Source of the DNA: Acanthaster planci
Lineage: Eukaryota
NCBI RefSeq assembly: GCF_001949145.1
Contig: NW_019091360.1
Coordinates: forward strand, 4,088,013 to 4,152,012
Length of the DNA: 64,000 nt
Direction: 5' to 3'
This document shows, piece after piece, positions 42,362 to 53,463 of the stretch. A model generated the notes under the pieces. The model had not been told where the DNA came from. It ran no database searches and was given only the letters and a program-made list of their open reading frames with translations. Position numbers and translations under genes: made by a program. Each line of letters starts with the position of its first letter. The first letter of the stretch is position 1.

Positions 42362-44779
42362 ATTATTTTGATTCACTGGCAATTTGACAAAAGTCCTGGG
42401 CTGAATAGTTATAGCCCCCCCCCAAAAAAAATTCTGCAAATCGATAACTGCCGGACATGTACAAAATTAGCAGGTTTCCATGTACTGAGGAACAAGCTTA
42501 AAAATATGAGAAAGGTCCCCACATATTTTACCTTAAAAACGGTGTATTTAACCATTAATGCTAAAAAGCATGATGTCAGAGACCAGCATAAGCAATTGGA
42601 CAGCCAAGTAAATTTAGCTTCAAGTTGTACTGAAGGTGTTCCTTTTTTTTTCAAAGCATTTCTGACAATGGTGGATTTACAGTAATTGAATGAGTAACTG
42701 AATGATTACCTGCCTGTGATGCTCAGCCCAGGTCACTCTGTAATTGGCAATTTCCATGACGGACTACTTTTAGACACATCAAGCCATGTATTGTATGCAC
42801 ATCTATTACCTATGTTTATATTAAAGTCCTTTGACCTTTCAATCTTTATTAACAATAGCTTGTACAAGAAAAAGGTTAACATTATTGATAGAACTGTGTT
42901 TTAAAGTTGTGCAAGAATACCAATTTTGCATTGCGGGCTATATATAAGTTTTTTTATTAAATTGTCATATGATTTTTACCTTTGGCTTTTGGAGCCACGA
43001 TGAGCGAGTAGTTTTTCTTTGCTGAAACCCCACTAGACAGGGTCTGCCATTCATCCTTGAATGCAATGAGATAATTGTCGCTTTCTTTATAATTTCCATT
43101 ATGAATGTCTCACAATGCAGGGGTCGCATAAATCACTCTGAAAGATCAATAGAAAAATTAGTCAACAGTTTCAAGATATTCTATAAAGTACACTCTGAAA
43201 TAGAGCAACTTTGATCAAATCATGCCATAGATTTTGGGGGTCGAGAATTATTTCAGGGCTTTCTTGGTACGAGATTAAATTGGGGAGGGGGGCCTATTTA
43301 CATGCTTTGGGGAAATGAATATAAAAGTCCACCAAAACTAATTTACCACTTTAGAAAAAGGAGAAATTTCTTTGGGATGGGGTGGGCAATGGCCCATTTG
43401 GTCCTCCTGGGTTTGCTAATGGTCTGAGAATCACTGAATCAAAAAATGTTTCTGAATTGTCAAAAAGCCTGCTGCGAGTATCCATGTACATTTGCACAGT
43501 CTTTCAAATAGCCGTGGATCTATTCATAGGTGATGTCTTGCTAAGTAACCAAGTACAATTTCAAAGTAGAGGTACATTTAATGGTTAATTAATCCCACTG
43601 ATCCTAACTTTGCTCTACGATTAAAAACCTCCCATCTCGTCATTTTGTAGATGTACTGAACACGTGTCTCAATCCCAGTGACGCATTTTTTTTAACATGG
43701 ACCTAATTACTGACAGGAAACCTCAGTGGCTAGCCACTGTCCCGTCGCAATAACTTCAAACATTGTTTAAAGGATATTGCCTTCACTTTTTGTGAAACAC
43801 TACACCGTACATGAAAACTATCCGCCCTGGGTATCAAAAGAGGGGGCAATTTTCCTAGCAACAGAGGCTCCTCCGATGGGAACTGCACTCCCTGGTTCAT
43901 GAACAACTATGAAAATTAATGTCACTGTCATATTACTATTGATGGAATGAACACTTCCCACCAAAGTGGCTCTTGTCAACCATTGAGGGGGTGCTTCTGT
44001 TCAGAGGATTTGACATTCTGTTTAGGTTACCTACCAGTATATTGAAAGTGTACCTTTTTAAACATTGTGATTTCAGACAAATGAGGGGGTTGTTGCTGTG
44101 ATGTCAATCTGGAAAAATACTGTTCATTTGATGGGGTTTTATTAAAATGGAAAAACAACCATTGATTATTTAACACACTAATGGATGTTGAATAATGGAA
44201 ATAATATAAAAGTTGTGGTGACCGTGACATATATTTAAATAAGTGAAATTGAGTCCGAGTATAAGTTTAACAAAGGTGCAATATTCACACAAAATATTCA
44301 ATGGACTCCATGTGCAGCGAATAAAAAAAGGGAAAATGCTACAATCGTGTAGCAAGCACATCAATCATATGTCACTGGTTTCAGCATTACAGTTTAAGCA
44401 CGTCAAACCTTACAAAATGCTGGGCTTGTAACCTGGTTTGAATTGAATTCATTCCATTTTACGGTGTCAATGTTTGCCTGATGTTTATCTTTAATTTTTC
44501 TTATTAACTTAAGTGTATTTTAACATTGGGAAGTTGACAAAGTAATGGAAGTTAAACACTACTCACTAGGCCTAGTATGAGTTACGGTATCTCATTGACA
44601 GACTGCAATCGCCCCCTCTTCCCCTAATTTGTGAGAACTTCCTGGACCTACCTTGCTTTGTAAATCAACAGTAGTTTGGTTATAATAATCTCTCAAAGGA
44701 TTGTTACATCTCTTGAACAAATGCTGTTCACCGCCGTACTTTTAGGCCTTGGCCTAGGGCTACTAAAACTTTTTTCAAA

Positions 44780-45534
44780 CTGTCACAAGTGTCAAACTTT
44801 TTCCTGTGCCCACGCCTCTTCACGCCCAATTAAAGACAATGTCCCATTCGTGAATCGGGTCGGGTCATCACCGCCCGTCTATAAGTTATGGCGCCCTCTT
44901 TAGTCACTACAACGCACAGACCAAGCTGCAAGCTGGCTAAGCGCCCACCGTTAATGTGTAATGGCGCCCTCTAAAATCACTATAAAATCAAGTTATTCGG
45001 CGCATACATAGAAGAAACAGTTTGTGCTTTGCAGAGAACTTCTGACGGCAATTACGTACAAGAAAACTGCAATTATACAATAAAGTTTGAAGCAATTTAA
45101 TCAAACGACTTTGGACACTTAAAAAGCTGTATGGTAAAATAGTGTTTTTTGTAATTTTCTTCTTTTTTGTTAGAGGAAACTATTTTTGTGAAAATGTGTG
45201 ACAGATGAATTAGTTTTCCTTACTGGAGACCAATACCAATTATTAGTTTTTAATTCTGTTCTTGAAATTATGCTGTAAAAATGTTTTTTTACCTGAGCAA
45301 CGCACCTGGTGTGCCAATAACCATTCTTATGCCATTAACAATGAAAAAGAGGCGCTAAGAAAGATGTAGCAGAGGGCGCCCTATACATGTGTTTAAAAAC
45401 TGCAGCAGACGATAGTTTTGAAGAATTACATTCGTACTTGGGTTTTCACTATATAGGGATTCACATTTGGGATGAACTCTTTCACATGTTCGTCGCGTGT
45501 GGTCTTCATAAACCCCGGACATTGATATTGCCCC
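44780..45534. promoter_or_regulatory. Putative (possibly bidirectional) promoter/5' UTR upstream of PDE12
   Basis: Locally CpG-richer ends. GGCGCCCTCT at 44890 and 44963 and its reverse complement AGAGGGCGCC at 45371. Minus-strand donor AAG|GTAGGT at 44652. Confidence 0.45.
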
Positions 45535-46472
45535 ATGGTTGTGCAAAGAATTATTTCATTTTTGTACAGAACTGTTCCCGCTTTGGCTTTTCTTCGTCGT
45601 GACGCCAAGATGGATCAGCTTCTGGTAAGGTGTGTCGAAGGAGACGAATTCATGTCAATCTCGTACAGTTACAGTGACAAACAGAGTAACATGTTGCGGT
45701 CTCAAATGGAAACCGCGGAGAAGTCTCTATCGCGATTGGCAAATAATGTCCGAAAACTGGGCAGACCCAAGAAAAAGAATAAAAAGATGAAGTGTGAACA
45801 AACGTCAGATGCAACCAACCAGTCAGCTGAAGACAACTACATAGTTTGCTCTCTGTTTGTCAATGGTAGCAAAGTTGGTTCGGATGTCTTAAACAAAGAC
45901 GCATGGGTTGAAGGTGCCATTTTACATTTGGGTATGGCAAAGTACCGTGTTTGTCGCAACATGCCAACCATCCTGAGCTTAAAACTGCCCAATTGCATCT
46001 TAGTCGGCTGTCCCATTTACCCTCGGGTAGAATTTGAATTTATAAAGACTGACGCCTGTACATATACTTGGTATCGAGAGGTCAGGCAAGAGTTGGGTGG
46101 AACTTCACATGTAAGCATTGGACCGAGCCAGACGTTTTCATTAACCAGCGGTGAAGCATCTGCAGAGTCTGTTCCCATGGAAACCAATGCAAGTGAAACA
46201 GCAATCCAGATCCCTGTCATTATCAACCCTTCCCTCTCGTCTCAAATAAAAGGATACGAAAAGCATTGGGTAGAAATTTCAAGTGAAAAGGTGTACATGC
46301 CTCAGGCTTCTGAATTGGGTGGACATTTGAAGCTGGTGTGTACACCAAGTGACGGAGAACGGTTGGGGAGTGCTAAAGAAGTTGTGACTATGTGTGAGGT
46401 GAAGATGGCCCCTGATGCCTTCCCGTTTGAGAAAAGACATCAATACACCAAGGACAAAACATCTGACAACTG
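45535..46472 (+). CDS. PDE12: PDE12 exon 1
   Basis: 313-aa ORF with PDE12 N-terminal domain (ILVGCPIYP...WYRE...ELGGHLKLVCTP...FEKRH); donor TG|GTAAGT. Confidence 0.92.
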
Positions 46473-49400
46473 GTAAGTTCTGGAAAGAAAGTGTTATTGT
46501 CCAATTTTATTGGCCAGAATGACAGAAGAAAGTTGGATTAGCTATGAACCTCAGCCCTTCAAAATCCTCTGCTAGATATGCTCTGTGAAGGGGTATACTC
46601 ACCACCTTAATCCTTCAAAATCCTCAAGCAATTCCTGTCATTGTGTTGAGGCAGTCTGAATGTCATCCGAGAGCATCATGGATGATTAAACCGAGACATG
46701 AATGTATAAAAACACAAGGTCCAGTCCAAGACACGGACAAAGTACATGCTTTGCAAATCGGCCACACTGGTTTATCATTCATCCGCAATCCTCCAAAATC
46801 CTCCAAAACTACTCCGAGAATTCTGGAGGATTGAGGGTGGTTAGGGTTAGGTTCACATGACAAAAATGAGGAGTTTCAGGTATTGTTCGTTTGGGCAAAA
46901 GGTATTGAGAGTGTACCAAATGCTTGGTTTAGTTTCAGAGTTGTATCATACAACATCTTGGCAGACATGTACGCTGATTCAGATTTCTCAAGGGATGTAC
47001 TCTATCCTTACTGCCCTAAAGATGTCTTGGATATTGATTACAGAGAACAGTTGCTGCTCAAAGAACTCACAGGTAATGTCAACCCTACATGTAACCCTCC
47101 AGCCTACTTTGGCTAGAAACCCTGCCAGACGCATCAAATTGCATCATTTGTCCTAGTGGCTTGCCAGCACAGTGTTACAAGATCCAACAGATCAACTCTC
47201 CCCAAGGCCAAACGGTCTGGGAGTCTGTGGTTGCCAGTCACCACAAGATCCAACAGTTTCATCGTCCAATGGGACTAGCTCCCATCGTCTCAACATGGCC
47301 AGTTTGTTTGGCTGCTGTTGATTACCCAGTGAATCAAAGTGCATCAAATCTTTTCACCTGATGCACTGTGCTGCACCCGGCAGGGTTAGGGTTAAAAGTA
47401 GCATAAATGGTTTGCTGCTGTTGGCACTTAATGCAGCCAGCAGCAGACCCACACACATAATGTGTCTAACAGATGTGTTGCGTATTTGTTATACTGTGTC
47501 ATGTTGGGGAGGAAATATCACAGGTCTTATTGTGAAAAGAAAAATAATTATAGAAATGAAAACTGTAAGTTTGTGTTGAATGTAAATGTCAAAATTGATC
47601 ATAAAGAAGGGTAGATGTAAAGAATTTGATGAAAAAGATGTTACATCAAGAAGATATTTTACACCAAACAGATTACAAGGGATTGGACTCTAAAACATCT
47701 TTTGAAAAATTTCACTTTTTGTAATTTTAATGTTGCACAAACAGGCCAAAATGACTTTTTCTTTGCCTGCTGATGTAGATCCTCAATTCCTTGGAAACTA
47801 ACTCTGAGAACATACTCCACACTCAGATATTTCTAATGAACCATTTAAGTGTCATAACTCACCAGGTTACAATGCAGACATCATGTGTCTTCAAGAAGTT
47901 GGAAGGAAATTATTTGAATCTTCCATGGAGCCTTCTCTCAAGAACTCAGGACTCGATGGTCTCTTACGATGCAAACATGGCAACTTAGCTGAAGGAGAAG
48001 CCATCTTCTACAGAACAGACAAATTCAGGTTGGAATGAGTTACACCTTTTTCTGGGGCAAGTTTCATCTGAATGCAAAAACTCATGGAGAACAGACATGT
48101 TTCCATGATTTGCACAATTTGAAAGACTGAGTGGATATGAACAAACTCCCAGGCCCAGTCTGTAAATGGCTATCAGAGGTTTGTGTCTATTGTCAGTGTT
48201 TGCCTGTACGTTATAAACAGCTGAAGACCTGGAGTAGCATCTTCATAAAAAGTCATCTCTAGTCAACTTAGAATGGGACATGCAAAAAACAGATCAAATC
48301 AAATGAAAAAGTCCCCTTGTACCCTTTATTTGGAAGTGTTTTGAAGATGCATCATTTTCAGGGATTCTTTACTTCTCTCTGTCTGGCTTGCTTGAGGTTT
48401 TTTTTAATTGAGCAGCGAAATACCAGCCCTAGACACACAAATTCTGCAGAATCAAACATGGGTTTTACATAATGGAACTGTGTTCATTGGATTTTGCAAC
48501 CATTACTTTGAATGGGGATTTTATAGTAAATGTTGGGTACGTTTCGGCCATTAATTTACCACCACCAAGTGTTTGACCTTAAATGGGATTAGGAATGTTT
48601 TCAGCCAAATGGCTATGTTTTGAGGGAAAACATCAGTTACAGTTGTTAAGGAATTTATTCTTATTTTTGTTTTTTCCATGTTGTAGATTACTTGGCAGTC
48701 ATGATGTAGCATTCTGTGAGGTATTACAGAAGGATCCATTACATAGGAATCTTCTTGAAGCAGTTGCCCGTAGTGACGCTATGCTCAAGAGGTTTCTAGG
48801 CTTGGCTGCAGTTGTTCAGGTGTTTTTTTTGCCACCAATCTGTTCTTCATTTAGAGCTTTCACAAGAAGCCATGATGGAGGTCAAGTTAATTGGCAGTCT
48901 TGCTTGATCTCCATTAATATTTGCTTACATTTTAATGGTGTACAGAGTTTCCGTGAAGAGTTGTATCAGGGGTTAATAATTAATTGATCATAGTCTGATT
49001 GTATCTGTACAACACATATGCACAGTTCAGCTGTTCATCTTAAATTTCCATTGGAAGCCAAATTGGAGGTAATATCCTCCTCCCAAACTTCGTCGGAATA
49101 GTATTTTTTTATGCGTGTAATGAGGTTTATACTTTTTGGCTAGGCAAACCTAAATATCAAGATGACTGTCGTTGTCTTGATATGATTGATAACTTTTATC
49201 TTGTTTTGCAGGTAGCTGTGTTTGAGCTTATTTCTGATCCATCCAAGAGGTTGTGTATTGCCAACACTCATCTATACTTCCACCCACGAGCTTCTCATAT
49301 CCGCTTGATCCAGACAGCCATGATTACTCAACACATTCAGAAGGTCTGCTCAGTGTATCAAGAACAGGTCAGTAGACTGTCTGAGGCTCTTGCCTAAAAC

Positions 49401-50784
49401 TTAGGATTGGCAAGAAGCCGAAATATTAAAATATAGATTTTCTGTCATTAGGGGAACTACTTTGTAAATGTCTAACTCAAGCTGTTTCCTTGCATAAAAA
49501 CAGGTCCATATGCCCAACAACATCAACTTTGGCAGGGTTTCTTTGTGCTCAATTTCCTTTTGAATGTAAAAACTAAACTAAACTCAAATACGCCCCATCC
49601 TCCAAGCTAGTCTATTTGATTGCTACTGTGGAAGACATAGTTTTACCCGAAAGTATCCATAAATAGTTGTTCATCTTGTACCAGAGCTTGAAAATACTTG
49701 CAATTTCTAAAAAGAGTAAAACTCCACTCTAGTCCCATCTCTCCCCATCTTGCCCTGCCTTGTCCCAGATCAACTACATTTTAACAAATTATTGGGGGGG
49801 GGCAATTTACAGGCTTTGCATGGAGTCTTTTTATATGTTAGCAGTAAGTAATAGCCAACTTGTTCTGTTTCCAGGACAATCAGGTCAAACCAGCTGTTGT
49901 CCTGTGCGGCGACCTGAACAGTACGCCTGATGGATGTGTGTATGAGTTTCTTGTTAAAGGAAGTTTGTCAGAGAAGTCAGTGGATTGGTACTCAAGTAAG
50001 TCAGTGATATGTATGTTTCCTGCAAAGCGAGAGCAGTCACCAGACATTAGATTTACTTTAAAAGCCTTATGAAGACACAAATATCCTGAGTAACATTTGT
50101 GGGTGTCCCTGACATCAAGGGACTTCAAATCAACTGACAACAACAATGTGGACTTGTATGAAACAAAGTCCCTTTTCAATTCAAACCTTTTGTCTTTCTT
50201 TGGAGCAGCTAACCTGCTCTTAGACTGTTTTTCTATTTTTGTGCATTTCGAATTTGGTTTCTCTATAAGTTTAGATGTCATTATTCTATTTGTCTTTGAG
50301 TGTTTGAATTTTGTGTATTTCATAGCCAGTTTCTTCTTGAAGAAGTCTGTCTCTTAAGGAGCTTTTACTGTACTTCAAATTAAATTTTAGAGAGCATTAC
50401 AAGTGTTACACTTTATTACAAGAGGTTTGCTCCCAAGTGGAATCTTCCAAATGAAGGTCTTCATTCGTCTTCTTTGATGTTATTGAACACATTGTAATTC
50501 AATTGTTTGTTTTGTCTGTAGGTGGAAAAGAGGAGTTCTGTGGAGGTGTTGCCCTAACTCACTCCCTGAATTTCCAAGATGCTTGTCAGGACATTGCTTA
50601 CACAAACCTTGTTGCAGGCTTCAGAGGTAAACTGGACCACATCATGTTTGAAGGAGACAAGATGAAAGTAGATCGTGTTATTCCAATGTCAACCCATCAA
50701 GAAGTGACAAGGCATGTTGCTCTACCTAATGCTGTGTTTCCATCCGATCACTTATCTCTCGTCTGTGAACTGAGTTGGAAGTGA
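45535..50784 (+). CDS. PDE12: 2',5'-phosphodiesterase 12 (CCR4/nocturnin-family EEP deadenylase), 7 exons, ~637 aa
   Basis: join(45535-46472,46933-47072,47866-48028,48687-48819,49212-49367,49875-49995,50522-50784) = 1914 nt; all introns GT-AG with matching phases. Motifs RVVSYNILAD, YNADIMCLQEV, ANTHLYFHP, CGDLNSTP, YTN...F.GKLDHI, ALPNAVFPSDHL; basic, mitochondrial-presequence-like N-terminus. Confidence 0.95.
46543..46857. mobile_element. Small inverted-repeat element in PDE12 intron 1
   Basis: Left TGAACCT...CC(T)TCAAAATCCTC repeats; right GGAGGATTGAGGGTGGTTAGGGTTAGGTTCA is the inverted counterpart. Confidence 0.45.
46933..47072 (+). CDS. PDE12: PDE12 exon 2
   Basis: ttag|T FRVVSYNILADMYADSDFSRDVLYPYCP...YREQLLLKELT G|gtaatg. 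Confidence 0.93.
47080..47395. mobile_element. Small inverted-repeat element with TAACCC-like ends in PDE12 intron 2
   Basis: AACCCTGCCAGACGCATCAAATTGCATCA (~47119) versus inverted TGATGCACTGTGCTGCACCCGGCAGGGTTAGGGTT (~47359); internal direct repeat ACAAGATCCAACAG x2. Confidence 0.4.
47866..48028 (+). CDS. PDE12: PDE12 exon 3 (frame not in the ORF track)
   Basis: ccag|GYNADIMCLQEVGRKLFE...EGEAIFYRTDKF AG|gt. Confidence 0.92.
48687..48819 (+). CDS. PDE12: PDE12 exon 4
   Basis: gtag|A LLGSHDVAFCEVLQKDPLHRNLL...AAVVQ|gt. Confidence 0.88.
49212..49367 (+). CDS. PDE12: PDE12 exon 5
   Basis: gcag|VAVFELISDPSKRLCIANTHLYFHPRASHIRLIQ...QEQ|gtcagt. Confidence 0.92.
49875..49995 (+). CDS. PDE12: PDE12 exon 6
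   Basis: ccag|DNQVKPAVVLCGDLNSTPDGCVYEFL...DWYS A|gtaagt. Confidence 0.92.
50522..50784 (+). CDS. PDE12: PDE12 exon 7 (last coding exon)
   Basis: gtag|GT GKEEFC...YTNLVAGFRGKLDHI...ALPNAVFPSDHLSLVCELSWK*. Confidence 0.93.
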
Positions 50785-51131
50785 CAGACATGCTGCTCTA
50801 CCTAACGTTATGTTCCCATCCGATCACTTATCTCTCGTCTGTGAACTTAGTTGGAAGTGACAGACATGCTGCTCTACCGAATGCTGTGTTTCCATCCGAT
50901 CATTTATCTCTCGTCTGTGAACTGAGTTGGAAGTGACAGACATGCTGCTCTACCTAACGCTATGTTCCCATCAGATCACTTATTTCTCGTCTGTGAACTG
51001 AGTTGGAAGTGATGAGACATGCTGCTCTACGTAATGCTATGTTCCCATCCGATCATTTATCTCTCGTCTGTGAACTGAGTTGGAAGTGACGAGACATGCT
51101 GCTCTACCTAACGCTATGTTCCCATCAGATC
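50701..51131 (+). repeat. 76-77 bp tandem repeat (~5.5 copies) derived from the PDE12 C-terminal coding sequence plus stop
   Basis: Units start at 50711, 50787, 50863, 50939, 51016 and 51093 (partial). Confidence 0.97.
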
Positions 51132-51357
51132 TGTTACCTCTAGTTGTGAGTGGAGTTAGATAAACAGATCTTGACAGGAAACCACAGACATTTCACAAAC
51201 TTATTCTATAATGCATTTAACATTGAGTTTTATAAGTTATTTTTGTGTTTTACATTCATGACCATGTATGACTCAAGTTCCCAAGTTTTAAGCCCAGCTT
51301 TTCAAATCACCAGACAATACTTGCATGATGTGAATTAAAGATGGAAAAACATTATAT

Positions 51358-51702
51358 GTGACCAGCTCTGGACAAATAGGTAATAAGTCACCAGATTGAG
51401 GTTATGAGCATTTGATATGGCTGGATTCTGTACATTAAAAGCTATAATTTGATATATGAATAACCCCTATAGTGTACAGCCTTCTGGAGATATGCAGACA
51501 TTTGTATATCCACTTTTGGGAGTTGCTACTGAATGATCAATTTTTCATCAATATTCATCATATCCATGTTTTTAGTCACAAATTCTGAAAATCTAAATAT
51601 TATAGAAGCTAATGGTAATGACCTGTTCTCCAAATAGAACAGGTCATTACGTGTTTGGGCATTGCACAACCTATTACCCTTTTTTTTGAAGAGGGGGGTC
51701 AC
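51358..51702. mobile_element. MITE (345 bp) in the probable PDE12 3' UTR
   Basis: Left ATAT|GTGACC...GGTAATAAG; right CCTATTACC...GGTCAC|TTAT (imperfect TIRs). Confidence 0.55.
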
Positions 51703-51932
51703 TTATAGTACACACTAATTTGAGGACAAAGCAAATCCAGTTTAAATATTCAAAGGTTTTTGTAAAACTGTTGTGCCATTTACAACCTTTGAACTGAATA
51801 ACTAATACTGAACTAGGGTCAAGAGATTCAAATTTGCCTTTGAAAATTCCTTTTGGACTGAGATCTGAAAAAGAAGTGATTATGATAAAGGAAATTAGAC
51901 TTCATATTACAACTTGTGATGTACCAGTGGTT

Positions 51933-51938
51933 AATAAA
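51933..51938 (+). terminator. Candidate PDE12 polyadenylation signal AATAAA
   Basis: AATAAA ~1.15 kb after the stop, followed by T-rich sequence. Not unique: ATTAAA occurs earlier. Confidence 0.35.
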
Positions 51939-52939
51939 CATTTATTCATTGATTTTTTATCTTAAACCTGAGGCTGATATACTTGCTGCCTGTCGTCAAT
52001 GTTTTTTCCAAAGGAACACCATTGAAGGGGAGAGGTCTACTATGATGTGCTTCCCTGGGTCTGCATTTAATTGAATCTGTCTGGGAACCCAAAGTTCACC
52101 TTATTGCTCCATGTATTCCCAATTTCTTAAATTACACCACAGAGTGCTTCTCCAGCACTGTTGAATAGAAGTTTGAATATCATGTGGCAATGGTTCATGA
52201 AGACACTTGTTTAAGGAAGGAAAATGTCACAAACTTGATGCATAGGGCTAAGGTGTTCCATGGAATGAGTTGACTTCGAAGTATCTCCAATACTCTGAAA
52301 TCATTGATCCCCTTTTGAAGAGCATGTAACCTGCAATTGCATCGATCAAATCATGGAGCCCATTCTTTGCACAGTACAAAATCTACAGCAAAGACGACAC
52401 TGAATTTGGATTTACAAGAAGTAAAACTCGAACCAACCAAAAATTATTTGCATGCTTTACATAAGTCAGAGGTATCAAAACCAACTTCTCATATTTCATT
52501 TACATGCCTACACACTGAAATAGTCAAGACTCATTTGGGGGTAGGGAAAAACCTCTTAAAAAACGAATTCTGGAAAGGGGATAAAGTGCTGTTTCTTCTT
52601 TTCTGTTGAAATTTAAATAGACGTAGTAACTGTCAGTGATGAGACAAGAGATACGCTGCATAATGAGAAACTCAACTCAGAACAAGATATGAGGCAATCG
52701 TCAGACTATGGGCACATGCTGAGATCTAGAGAAACCATCAAGGTCAAGTTTCCAGGGATTGCAATCGATTGCACTGAAGAAGTTTAATTGGCCAACCGTG
52801 CTGATTAACAAAAATACATGTGCTCATTTTAGGCTTAAAGCATAGTTTTGTGTACAAGTACCATGTACATGTACACTGTACATGTACGTGTGTAGCTTGA
52901 CAGTACAGAGGTAAACAAACCGCATGTGCCTTTTGTATC

Positions 52940-53203
52940 CGTGACCTCATTCCAGGAGTACGTCACCGACCTGATGCATTAATCATGTTAGTGATCAGCT
53001 GATCCTCTTCGGTGATGATCATTGGTGAGAAGTCGTTAATTTGCATTTCAAAATGGCGGGTGAAGTTGCTTGTGGTCTGTGGTAGGCGTATTCAGCCCCA
53101 CATGTTTATAAATAAAGTACTATAAATCTAGAACATTCTTCTCCTGTGGGAAGCAAGCAGCACATCTTCGTCAAGATGATCATCAAGTAGCCATTTGTTG
53201 AAC
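52940..53203 (+). promoter_or_regulatory. Putative promoter and non-coding first exon of the SLC4 gene
   Basis: CpG-richer segment; CRE-like TACGTCA (~52959); YY1-like AAAATGGCG (~53050); donor AAC|GTGAGT at 53203/53204. Confidence 0.4.
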
Positions 53204-53463
53204 GTGAGTTGTTTTACTAATCTGCTGGATTTATTGTGCGTGTCTGTTGCGTCGATCGAGCGCGCATTTGTGCACGTACGATTAGTATACGATTACAACT
53301 TTACAATGTACGTGCATCACGATTCGAAATCAGTTTGTAAACAACTTACGTGGAGGTACCTGTACTATGTACATGTAGGCCTAAAGTGTCCATGTACGCT
53401 GGGGGCAATCACTCGATCTGCGCAATCTGTTGATCTTTTGCATGATTTTCCAATAATTTTGCC

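Noticed and set aside
46830..47395. Interstitial telomeric repeats (GGTTAGGGTTAGG)
   Set aside because: Only about two units each, and they form part of small inverted-repeat elements.
50785..50860. Stop-codon readthrough giving a repeated PDE12 C-terminus
   Set aside because: The repeat period is 76 nt, so readthrough enters the next unit out of frame.
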